From NCBI GenBank assembly GCA_965198225.1, contig CBDAOY010000006.1, forward strand, positions 832,001 to 896,000: DNA of 64,000 nucleotides. Reading direction: 5' to 3'. This document shows, in pieces, positions 39,055-47,970 of this stretch; position 1 is the stretch's first letter; every line of letters starts with the position of its first letter. The notes beneath the pieces were generated by a model. The model did no database searches. It saw only the letters and a program-made list of their open reading frames with translations, and had not been told where the DNA came from. A program made the translations under genes and the position numbers. Source of the stretch: Terriglobia bacterium. Lineage in GTDB: Bacteria > Acidobacteriota > Terriglobia > 20CM-2-55-15.

Positions 39055-40678
39055 TCACGACGCAGGCTGCTGTATGAACGGCTCTCCCGGCTTGCCCCAC
39101 AGCCAACCCTGACCGAACTCGACACCGTAGTCTCGGAGCAGGGCCAGGTCGTCCCGGGATTCGATTCCTTCGGCGATGATCTCGGCGCCGAGCGTCCTGG
39201 AGACTTCCACGAGGCGGCTCAACAGGCGTCCCTTGTGGGGATCCCTTGAGGCGCCGTCGACGTAACTCCGGTCGATCTTCACAACATCGGGCTCCAGCAT
39301 GATCAAGGTTTCCAGGCAACTGCGTCCGAACCCGACGTCGTCGATCGAGACTTCGATACCGTTCTCCTTGAAGGCGGCCACGTGCTCACGCAGGCACGCC
39401 GGGTCTCCGATAAACTGCTGCTCGCTGATCTCGATACAGAAGGTGACGCCCTCTTCCGTCACGGCCAGCAGATCCATCAGGCGCTCGCTGGGAGTGCCCA
39501 GGATCGTCGAAGGGAAGAGGTTCAGGTGAAATTTGCCTCTCGGGCGGAGGCGCTTGCTGACATCCACGCAGGCCTTCAGGCAGGAAAGGTCGACCGTGGT
39601 CAGCATGTTCGCCTCCAGAGCGATGCGGAAGAAGTCCACCGGCATTTCCAGGGAGCAGCCTTCGGGACCCCGGCTGAGCAGTTCGTAGCCCACTACTTCT
39701 TCCTTCTGGAGTTCGAGAATCGGCTGGGGAACAGCTCGGAACCGACCGCCGTTGACGGCACTGGTCAGGTCCACGAGATGCGGAACTTTGATGTTGTTCG
39801 TGGCCGATTTCTTCGAGGTCACGGCCTCCGACTCGCAGCGAAGCGCGCTGTGGGCTCGTTCGAGGACTTCCCCAATCGAGCAGGTTTCCCGCTCCACCGG
39901 GACTACAGCCACGCCCATGTCGACGCTTAAGGGTTGTGGCGACAGCGCGAGCGGAGAGCTGCCGACCACGTACCGGAGTTTTTCGCCTACCTGCGTTCCC
40001 TCCGCCATGCGGGTGTCGGGCAGGAGGACGAGGAAGCGGTCCTGGTCGATCCGGGCGACATGGTCCGATGGTCGAAGCACCGAGCGAACACGCTCGGCGA
40101 TCGCTTTCAACAATACGTCGACCGTACCCTGTCCGAGGTTGTCGTTGATTTTACGCAGGTCGTCGCAGGTCAACAGAGTCGCGACGAGGTGCGAACCCGA
40201 ACGCTTCTCTCTCGACAGCTCGTTAAAGAGCGCTTTCTCGATTCCCCTGAGATTCAACGTTTCGGTCTGGGGATCGACCGTCGAGAGGCGCTGAAGTTCC
40301 TGGTTAGCCTCCTCGAGCGCCTTGCTCAGGCTCTTCCGCCTCCGCCTGCACTCTCTCGGTGACGTCTCGAAGCGAAGCGACAAAGGCCGGTTGGCCGTTC
40401 CAACCCGACCTGGCCACCCGGACGTCGACATGGTGCGGGCCGATATCCAACTCGGACCGATCGCGCTCCAGCACCGGGTAGCCGAAAATCGTCCCTTCGA
40501 GCTCTTCAACCGGTGTGTGGAATAGTGATGCAGCCGCCAGATTGGCGAACAGGATTCGGCCGGAGCCATCGACCACGACGACGCCGTCCGGAGTGGCTTC
40601 GATCAGTGCGCGAAACTGCGAGCCGTAGAACTCTTGCTGATCCATCCTTGGTTCTGGACTAAAGTTTTGATCCATCAT
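39055..40678 (-). pseudogene. PAS-GGDEF(degenerate)-EAL signalling protein with a frameshift near 40330
   Basis: The PAS domain (40304-40678 frame, ending RDVTER) continues in another frame with DPQTETLN, degenerate DQDRF, then ELL, DDVGFG, KIDRS, AEGIE and QG. Confidence 0.8.
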
Positions 40679-41012
40679 TGGTTTCCCGTCCTGAATGCAT
40701 CCTTCTCATCTGTTTTTATCGGCGAATTGGCCCGGAGTCTGTAGTGCGTGGGTGTGGAGGTCCACGAAACGCTTGTGATGCACTGTAGGCGATTTTTTTA
40801 CAGCGAGTTAGCAGTCCGGGGGCGTGGCGGGGCAGCTGGTGTGGATCACACCCTTGAGCCGCGGCAGTGGGGGTAGATGCTTGAGCGATCAACTGATTCT
40901 TCGTCGAGCAGATCTCAGAAGCGGCCGGACCCGACTTCGGCTATCAGAACGAACTCGGGGCGGAACAGAATCGTTCCGCGCTGGAGGCGATCGATGCTTG
41001 CGTAGGAGGGTC

Positions 41013-41289
41013 CTAGTGACCTGTAACGGAGAGATCGGCACCATCGCCGATGGGTCTTGCCAGTCGAGGTCGAGGAGAGAGGAGGAATTGATGCGGTTTC
41101 ATCATGACGACAAACGACAAAGAGATCGACCCCAACCCCCATCGGCCGGGAGGGTTGCGGCGGAACGGTCGGGTCTTCGTTGCCGCGACCATTTATTGTA
41201 AGACCCGCTTGTCACGGGTCGTCGGTTCCTAGAATCCGGTGCCGTTCCACCGCAACGCTGGTACCGATATCTCCGTTACAGGCCACTAG
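41013..41289 (+). mobile_element. CTAG-bounded structured MITE-like element, copy 1 (277 bp)
   Basis: About 31-bp imperfect TIR CTAGTGACCTGTAACGGAGAGATCGGCACCA / TGGTACCGATATCTCCGTTACAGGCCACTAG, with two internal hairpin arms. Homologous to 44611 and 44988. Confidence 0.78.
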
Positions 41290-41311
41290 TCCGGATTATT
41301 TCCCTGGCAGG

Positions 41312-42151
41312 TCAACGGACGACCAGAACCGGCCGATCCAGCTCCAACAGAACCTCTTTGAAACCTCTCTCGAAAACATCTACCGTCGGGAGGATGAGGA
41401 TACCGGCATCTTCGACGAGGACCAGGTGTTCGAGCAGGGCGGCATCTCTCCTTGGGATGATGTTGAACCGAATCGGGGGCAGCGCGCCCAGTTCGTCCAA
41501 GTCCCGCTCTGCCTCCTCGCGGATTCGGCCTGCGTCCTCAGCCGAAGCGGGCACGAGAACGACGAGAGGGGTTCTCTCATCCCCGGCCAGTTGCACGGCG
41601 ATCGCAATGCCGGTCCGAGCGCAGGAGCTTCCATCGTAGACGACGAGCACCGCCTGGCCGGCCCTCAGTCCCTGGCGGAGCAGGAGGACAGGAGCGGCTG
41701 TCTTCGACAGGATCATTTCCGTCGTCGTTCCAATCTTGCGGCCCACGACAGACGACCAGCCACAATGACCGAGGCTGATCAGGTCGGCTTCCGCCGCCGC
41801 CGCGAGCACTTCCCGGGCGACGCCCCCCCGCGCAACTTTGAAGCTCCAATGCAGATGAGCCATGCCCGCAATGTGTTCCATCGCCCGTCGCGCCCTGACG
41901 GCCTGAGCCTTCAACTGCTGCTCCATGTCCCCGCGTTCGACGGGCCGCACCTCGCCCGAAAACGATCCGACCATCCGAGTGATCGGCAGCTCGGCTCCAC
42001 GGAGCAGGTCCTCGTCCTCCACGTACAGGCCGAGCAGCTCCGCTTCCAGGTATGCCGCCAGCCGCGCTGCGGCCTCCAGTGCCGCAAAGCTGTTCGGAGA
42101 TGCGTCCAGCGCGACGAGGATCCGTCGGATTGGGGTCGGCTTCGTGGTCAT
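41312..42151 (-). CDS. Tandem universal stress protein
   Basis: RILVALDAS, VLVVYDGS and PVLVV motifs. ATGA overlap with the Lon-like gene. Confidence 0.85.
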   Translation of the reverse strand: MTTKPTPIRRILVALDASPNSFAALEAAARLAAYLEAELLGLYVEDEDLLRGAELPITRMVGSFSGEVRPVERGDMEQQLKAQAVRARRAMEHIAGMAHLHWSFKVARGGVAREVLAAAAEADLISLGHCGWSSVVGRKIGTTTEMILSKTAAPVLLLRQGLRAGQAVLVVYDGSSCARTGIAIAVQLAGDERTPLVVLVPASAEDAGRIREEAERDLDELGALPPIRFNIIPRRDAALLEHLVLVEDAGILILPTVDVFERGFKEVLLELDRPVLVVR

Positions 42152-44592
42152 TGGGGTTCTTCTGCCTCTCCGGCGTCTTGCCCTTTGTCCGCGGATTCGA
42201 CGGACCTGGCGAAGGCCGCCTGCTTGCGTGCCATCTCCGTCAGGCGTTGCTGGACCCGGCCGTTGATGCTCTCGCGAGGATAGTCTCCAGATGCATCGCG
42301 CTCCCCTGCATCGATCCCCGTCAAGAGTTCGATTCCCTGATCGATGGTCTCGACCGGGTAGATGTGGAACTGACCATTTCGGACCGCCTCGACGACGTCT
42401 TCCCTCAGCATCAGATGGCGGACGTTGGACGCCGGTATGAGGACGCCCTGCTCCCCGGTCAATCCGCGAGCGTTGCACAGGTCGAAGAAACCCTCGATCT
42501 TGTAGTTTGCTCCGCCGATTGCCTGGACCTCTCCATGCTGGTTGACCGAGCCGGTGACGGCCAGCGACTGCTTGAGCCCGGCGCCGGATATGGCCGACAG
42601 CAGGGCGTAGAGTTCCGTCGACGACGCGCTATCCCCGTCTACTCCGCTGTAGGACTGCTCGAAAACCAGACTGGCCGACAGCGAGAGCGGATGGTTCGCG
42701 GCATAGCGGGCGCCCAGGAAACTGGTCAAGATCAGCACGCCTTTCGAGTGAATGGGACCGCTCAGCTCCACCTCCCGTTCGACGTTGACGACCTCGCCTT
42801 TGCCGAGCCGTGTACGAGCGGTAATCCGGCTGGGACGCCCGAAGGTGAAGTTTCCGAGTTGCAATACAGCCAGCCCGTTCACGGTCCCGACTTTGGAACC
42901 TTCCGTATCGATATAGATGGTGTTTCGCAGCACCTCGTCCTGCATCTGCTCACGCACACGATCGACGCGGTGAGTCTGTGCGTCTATCGCCTTGCCGACA
43001 TCGACGGCGCTGACCGTGGTGTTTCCGGATACACCGGCCCAGTAATCGGCCTCGCGGAGAAGGTCGGCCAGTCCGGCGATTCGGCCGCTGAGTTTCTCCG
43101 AATCACCCACGATGCGGGCGCTTTGTTCGATGATGCGCGCGACCGCGCTACGGTCGAAGGCTTTGAGTTCTTCTTTACGGGCGAGCGCCCCGATCAGCCG
43201 GGCGTAAATCTGTTGCGTGTCGTCATTTCTTTCGAACCGGTCGTCGAAGTCGGCCGCGACTTTGAACAGTTGTCCGAAGTCGGGATCATGCTGGCACAGG
43301 AGGTAGTAGAGCATCCGATCACCAAGGAGGACGACCTTGACGTCGAGCGGTACCGGTTCGGGCTCGAGCGAAATCGTGCTGACCATGCTCAGCGCCTGGC
43401 CGAGAGACTCGATCTTGATCTGCCCCGCCTGCAGGACCCGCTTCAGGGCTTCCCATGCGTAGGGCTGCATCAGGACACGCCGGACGTCGAGTACGAGGTA
43501 TCCTCCGTTGGCGCGGTGGAGTGCGCCCGGTCTGATCAGGTTGAAATCGGTGACGAGCGTTCCCATCTGGGATATGTGTTCCATCCGGCCGATGAGGTTT
43601 TCGTACCCCGGATGATCTTCGTAGATTACCGGCGCGCCCTGCCCTCGGGTGTGGTCGACAAGGACGTTGACCCGGTACCGCCGCGCCAGTGGAGATGCCT
43701 CCTGCGGGCGCCCCCCCGGTGGTGGGGCCTGGGGTTCCTGGGCCTGTATGAACTCTTTTGCGTACTGGATGAGGTCCTTGTGAACGGCTTCGAGGTAGTG
43801 AACGAGGGCAGGGAACTCCGCGTACTTATCGCGTAGCTCGTCGAGCAGGTGGCCGAGAGCGAAATCCGTGATGTCACGGTTCAGTTCTCGAACCTTGCCC
43901 CGCACCTCCCGTTCCCACTTGGGAAGACGTCGCAATATCCGCTGGAGTTCCTGTTGCAGTTCCTCGATGTCCGCTTCCAGGCGTTTCTGTTCTTCTTCAG
44001 GGAGCTGCTCGAAGGATTCATGGGTGATGACTTCGCCGTCCTTGACGGGCGCGAACACCATGCCGACCGGCGTTTGCAGCATCGTGAACCCCTTTGCCTT
44101 TGCCTTGTCCTGAAGTTCTTCGAGACGCTTTTCGTGGCGCTCCTTGAAGTCCTGCTGCAGGGAGTGGAGGCGCGCCTGGTATTCCTCGCTTTCGAAAGCC
44201 GCCGGAAGTGCGGTGCCGATCTCCTCGACCAGGTCATCCATGTCCTGCTTCAGTTTCATGGCCGTGCCGGCCGGCAGTTGGAGGAGTGTCGGCCGGTTGG
44301 GCTCCTCGAAGTTGTTGACGTAGCAAATGTCGGGGGGTATGGGTTTCCTGGCGGCTTCCTGATTCAAGAAGTGCTCGACGATGAACTGTTTACCCGTGCC
44401 GGCCGGGCCCAGAGCGAAGAGGTTGTAGCCTTCGTGGGTCATACCGACGGCAAACTGGACCGACTCGACCGCACGCGACTGTCCTACGATATCAATGCCG
44501 TCGTCGAGGTCCGCCGTCGTTTCGAAGTCCAAGAGTGCCGGGTCACATCGCGTGTAAAGCGCGTCCAGGTCGAGTTCTTTGGGAACACCCAT
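42148..44592 (-). CDS. Lon-like ATP-dependent protease (LonC/LonB type, S16)
   Basis: GPAGTGK, coiled-coil insert, PGALHRANGGYL, and the VDGDSAS (Ser) plus GGANYKIEG (Lys) dyad. Confidence 0.92.
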   Translation of the reverse strand: MGVPKELDLDALYTRCDPALLDFETTADLDDGIDIVGQSRAVESVQFAVGMTHEGYNLFALGPAGTGKQFIVEHFLNQEAARKPIPPDICYVNNFEEPNRPTLLQLPAGTAMKLKQDMDDLVEEIGTALPAAFESEEYQARLHSLQQDFKERHEKRLEELQDKAKAKGFTMLQTPVGMVFAPVKDGEVITHESFEQLPEEEQKRLEADIEELQQELQRILRRLPKWEREVRGKVRELNRDITDFALGHLLDELRDKYAEFPALVHYLEAVHKDLIQYAKEFIQAQEPQAPPPGGRPQEASPLARRYRVNVLVDHTRGQGAPVIYEDHPGYENLIGRMEHISQMGTLVTDFNLIRPGALHRANGGYLVLDVRRVLMQPYAWEALKRVLQAGQIKIESLGQALSMVSTISLEPEPVPLDVKVVLLGDRMLYYLLCQHDPDFGQLFKVAADFDDRFERNDDTQQIYARLIGALARKEELKAFDRSAVARIIEQSARIVGDSEKLSGRIAGLADLLREADYWAGVSGNTTVSAVDVGKAIDAQTHRVDRVREQMQDEVLRNTIYIDTEGSKVGTVNGLAVLQLGNFTFGRPSRITARTRLGKGEVVNVEREVELSGPIHSKGVLILTSFLGARYAANHPLSLSASLVFEQSYSGVDGDSASSTELYALLSAISGAGLKQSLAVTGSVNQHGEVQAIGGANYKIEGFFDLCNARGLTGEQGVLIPASNVRHLMLREDVVEAVRNGQFHIYPVETIDQGIELLTGIDAGERDASGDYPRESINGRVQQRLTEMARKQAAFARSVESADKGQDAGEAEEPQ

Positions 44593-44610
44593 CAGTAGTC
44601 TCCTTTGACA

Positions 44611-44885
44611 CTAGTGGCCTGTAACAATGCTATCGGTACCATCGCCGATGGGTCTTGCGGGCGAGGTCGAGGAGGGAGACGGAAAGCGATGCTCATTCAT
44701 CGGTGACGGCTTCCGACAAAGAGATCGCCCGCAACCCCCATCGGCCCGAAGGGTTCGGCGGAACGGCGCCGTCTTCGGTGTCGTAACTCCCTCGCAATGA
44801 AACAGCATTGGCTCGGGCGTCACTCCTAGAATCCGACGCCGTTCCGCCGAACGCTGGTACCGATAGCATTGTTACAGGTCACTAG
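44611..44885 (+). mobile_element. CTAG-bounded structured MITE-like element, copy 2 (275 bp)
   Basis: TIR CTAGTGGCCTGTAACAATGCTATCGGTACCA / TGGTACCGATAGCATTGTTACAGGTCACTAG. Same orientation as copy 1. Confidence 0.8.
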
Positions 44886-44901
44886 TCTACAGCAGCCATA
44901 C

Positions 44902-44970
44902 CTATCAGCTATCAGCTGTCAGCCGATCCACGAAAACATTTGGACGCGCGTAGATTGAGCTGATAGCTGG
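44902..44970. repeat. Heptamer (CTATCAG-type) inverted repeat
   Basis: CTATCAGCTATCAGCTGTCAGC ... GAGCTGATAGCTGG. Confidence 0.55.
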
Positions 44971-44987
44971 TCGCCGAAAGCTTAAAG

Positions 44988-45264
44988 CTAGCAGCCCGTG
45001 GCAGAACTCTGCAGGGCCGCGTTACGGCCAAACGGGGCCGGATTCTAGGAGGCGAGGACGAAACAATGCTCTTTCATTGGGAGGAGTCGGCGACAAGGAA
45101 GGCGGCCCCGTTTCGCCGTAACCCGAAGGGCGCAGAGGGGTTCGGGCCGCAGGCTTTGTCGTTCGTCGGCCCCGATGAATGATCATCGCTCCGCTCCTCT
45201 CTTCGCGCCTGCAACCCGAAGACCCCTGCGCGCGACCCTGCAGAGTTCTGCCACGGGCTGCTAG
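44988..45264 (-). mobile_element. CTAG-bounded structured MITE-like element, copy 3 (277 bp, inverted, different TIR)
   Basis: Perfect TIR CTAGCAGCCCGTGGCAGAACTCTGCAGGG. The reverse complement shares GGGTCTT, CATTCATCG, CGACAAAG, AACCCC, CAATGAAA.AGCATTG and CTCCTAGAATCCG with copy 2. Confidence 0.78.
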
Positions 45265-47732
45265 GGTGTTCCGGCGGTGCGGGCGTTTTGTACGGATACC
45301 TGGGAGTCCAGAAAACTGCGGATTCTACTCAGCAGAGCCGCTTCAGTGAAAGGCTTCTGGATCAGGTGTACGTCGGCTGGGAGGATTCCGGCCTTTCCGA
45401 TTGCCGTGTCAGTGTAGCCGGACATGTAGACGACTCCGATTGGCCGGGTCTTTGCGATCTCTCCGGCGAGTTCCCTGCCGTTCATCTCAGGCATCACGAC
45501 ATCGCTCAAAACCATGTCGATCTGCCCTTCGTACCGTTCGACGATGTACAACGCCTCGGAGGGAAGGCCCGCTTCGAGAATCCGATAGCCGGATCTTCGG
45601 AGCATGTCGCACGTCAGCCTGCGGACCATCTCCTCGTCCTCGACAACCAGAATTGTCTCGCTTCCCCGTCGGGAGTCGGATGCCTCGGTCCTGGCCTTTC
45701 GTGCCACAGATTCGTCCAGCATCGGCAGGTAGATCCGGAACGTCGTTCCGGTACCCGGCTGGCTGTCGACCTGAACCGTTCCGCCATTCTGCTCGACCAT
45801 CGCATACACGGTGGCCAATCCGAGCCCGGTCCCTTTGCCGGGGTCCTTGGTGGTGAAGAACGGTTCAAAGATGCGTGGCTGAACCGCCTCGTCGATACCA
45901 CATCCCGTATCGCTGACCCTCAGCACGATGAACGGCCCGGGGCCCAGTCCGACGGGAAACGGAAGCGCCGGGTCGTCTTTCGTTGCGTTGGCCGTTTCGA
46001 TCAATAGCTTGCCGCCGCTCGGCATCGCATCTCGGGCGTTCACGATGAGGTTCATGATGCCCTGTTCGATCTGACCCGGATCGGCCTTGATCAGGCCCAG
46101 CTCGGGGTGGGTTCGTGTTGAAAGAACGACGTCGGAGCCGATCAACCGCCGGACCATTCCATCCATGTTCGAGATCACTTCATTCAGATTCAGCACTCTC
46201 GGTTGTCGGACCTGCTTCCGGCTGAACGCTAGCAGTTGTTGGGTCAGGGCTGCGGCCCTCTCGGTGGCTTTGCGCGTCTGCTCCAGGTTGTCACGAACGT
46301 CGCCCGGCGGTTCCAGATGATCGAGGGAGAGCTTGGTGTAGCCGAGGATAACCGTCAACAGATTGTTGAAGTCGTGAGCGATCCGGCCGGCGAGCCTCCC
46401 GACCGCCTCCATCTTCTGGGAGTGACGCAGCTGTTCTTCGAGTTCACGCTGCTGGGTGACATCCTGGCCGATGCCGATGGAGGTTCCGTCAGAAAGACGG
46501 ACGTTGGCCCAATTCGTTTCGAGCGTACGTCCATCCTTGACCCGGGTCTTGAAAGAACGCCATCCGGAATGTGACGAAGACATGTGGGAGATTGCCTCCT
46601 TGCGTTCTGTCGGATCCGGATAGCACTCGGCCATCAGGTCGATGCCGCTCAGTTCATCCCGTGACCAGCCCATGATCTGCTCGAATTCCTGGTTGACGAC
46701 ATCGATCGCCCCTTTGCCGTCATGCAGCGCGACCATGACCGGGATGTGGTCGAAGATCTTCTGGAACCGTTCGGTCTGGCCGCGCAGGGCAGACTCGGTA
46801 CGCCTCCGCTGTTCGGTAACGACTGCCAGGATCAGAGAAGAGAGAATCGCCACAGCGAGGTAGGTCTGGAGGAAAACGACCTGCTCGCCGACATCGCGAG
46901 CGATGAACGTCATCGGTCCGAGACCGTGTGCCGTGTTCCAGACTGCGACGACCGAAAACAGGAACAAGGCCGTGGAAACGCCGACTGGGCCGAGGCGCAG
47001 CGCCGCCCAGATCAGAAAAGGGAACGTGACGTAGAGCAGCGACAACAGCAGCCCGGAACCGGCGTTGTCCGAACCGAATATGATCGCGGTGCTGACGCCA
47101 AGGCCGAGAAAGAGGGCGCAGGCTTCCGCGACCCGTTGCCACCGAAGATCGGGGGAACTCATGGTCGCTAGCGACAGGACGAGCGGAGTGCCGAGCAGGA
47201 CGCCCAGGGTATCGGAAACCCACCAGAGACGCACTTCCCGCCACAAATTGGCGTCGAAACTGACACTGATGATGGCCGCAGCCGGAATCGCCATGACCGC
47301 AATGGTTGCTGCCGCGAGCAGGACAGCCGACGCAAGCCGATGTACGCTGTCCAACCGAATTTGCGACCCGCACACCCGAGTGATGAGCAACGCCGCGAGT
47401 CCGACTTGGACACAGTTCAACAGGGCCAGCACAGTGGCAGGCAGCATCGGGTATCCCGCAGTCAGGCTTGCGGCGACTTCTCCGACGAGTACGGCCGCCA
47501 GAATCGGGAACCATAACTGTCGTTCGCTGACGAGTAGGATCGCAAGTACTATGCCGGCGGCCGGCCAGATCGTGCCGTTGCCCTCAGGTGGGATGATCAG
47601 GGCTAACCCGAGTTGGACGCTTATGAACTGAATCAGCGCGACCATTCCGAGCGTCGATGCAAATCGGGTGCCTGGACTCAGGCCGTCGAGGAACCCGAAT
47701 CGCCCCTGAACCCCGTCCGACGAGGGAAACAT
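45261..47732 (-). CDS. Hybrid sensor histidine kinase (MASE1-PAS-HisKA-HATPase-REC)
   Basis: IWPAAG and PFLIWAALR (MASE1), [25 protein letters not shown] and VEDE...SDVVMP motifs. The start is uncertain. Confidence 0.92.
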   Translation of the reverse strand: MFPSSDGVQGRFGFLDGLSPGTRFASTLGMVALIQFISVQLGLALIIPPEGNGTIWPAAGIVLAILLVSERQLWFPILAAVLVGEVAASLTAGYPMLPATVLALLNCVQVGLAALLITRVCGSQIRLDSVHRLASAVLLAAATIAVMAIPAAAIISVSFDANLWREVRLWWVSDTLGVLLGTPLVLSLATMSSPDLRWQRVAEACALFLGLGVSTAIIFGSDNAGSGLLLSLLYVTFPFLIWAALRLGPVGVSTALFLFSVVAVWNTAHGLGPMTFIARDVGEQVVFLQTYLAVAILSSLILAVVTEQRRRTESALRGQTERFQKIFDHIPVMVALHDGKGAIDVVNQEFEQIMGWSRDELSGIDLMAECYPDPTERKEAISHMSSSHSGWRSFKTRVKDGRTLETNWANVRLSDGTSIGIGQDVTQQRELEEQLRHSQKMEAVGRLAGRIAHDFNNLLTVILGYTKLSLDHLEPPGDVRDNLEQTRKATERAAALTQQLLAFSRKQVRQPRVLNLNEVISNMDGMVRRLIGSDVVLSTRTHPELGLIKADPGQIEQGIMNLIVNARDAMPSGGKLLIETANATKDDPALPFPVGLGPGPFIVLRVSDTGCGIDEAVQPRIFEPFFTTKDPGKGTGLGLATVYAMVEQNGGTVQVDSQPGTGTTFRIYLPMLDESVARKARTEASDSRRGSETILVVEDEEMVRRLTCDMLRRSGYRILEAGLPSEALYIVERYEGQIDMVLSDVVMPEMNGRELAGEIAKTRPIGVVYMSGYTDTAIGKAGILPADVHLIQKPFTEAALLSRIRSFLDSQVSVQNARTAGTP

Positions 47733-47788
47733 GCCCCAATTATGTTGATTAAGAGGCGGGCTGTCGAGGCGGAAGTAGTTGTCGGTAT

Positions 47789-47960
47789 GCCGTTGTCCGT
47801 AGGCCGTTGCCCGTCAGCCCGACAGCGAGGTGACCCTCGGACACTGAAGCGGCCACAATGGACGAACCAATTCCGCAACCTCCGTCCTGCGATGACGTTG
47901 GCTTCCCGAGACCAGCCGCTAGGGTTCGCCGTGCCCGCCTAACGGCCTACGGACAACGGC
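47789..47960. repeat. 20-bp perfect inverted repeat of heptamer-derived units
   Basis: GCCGTTGTCCGTAGGCCGTT (47789-47808) and AACGGCCTACGGACAACGGC (47941-47960). The same arm recurs at 52139-52163. Confidence 0.75.
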
Positions 47961-47970
47961 CTACGGTCTC

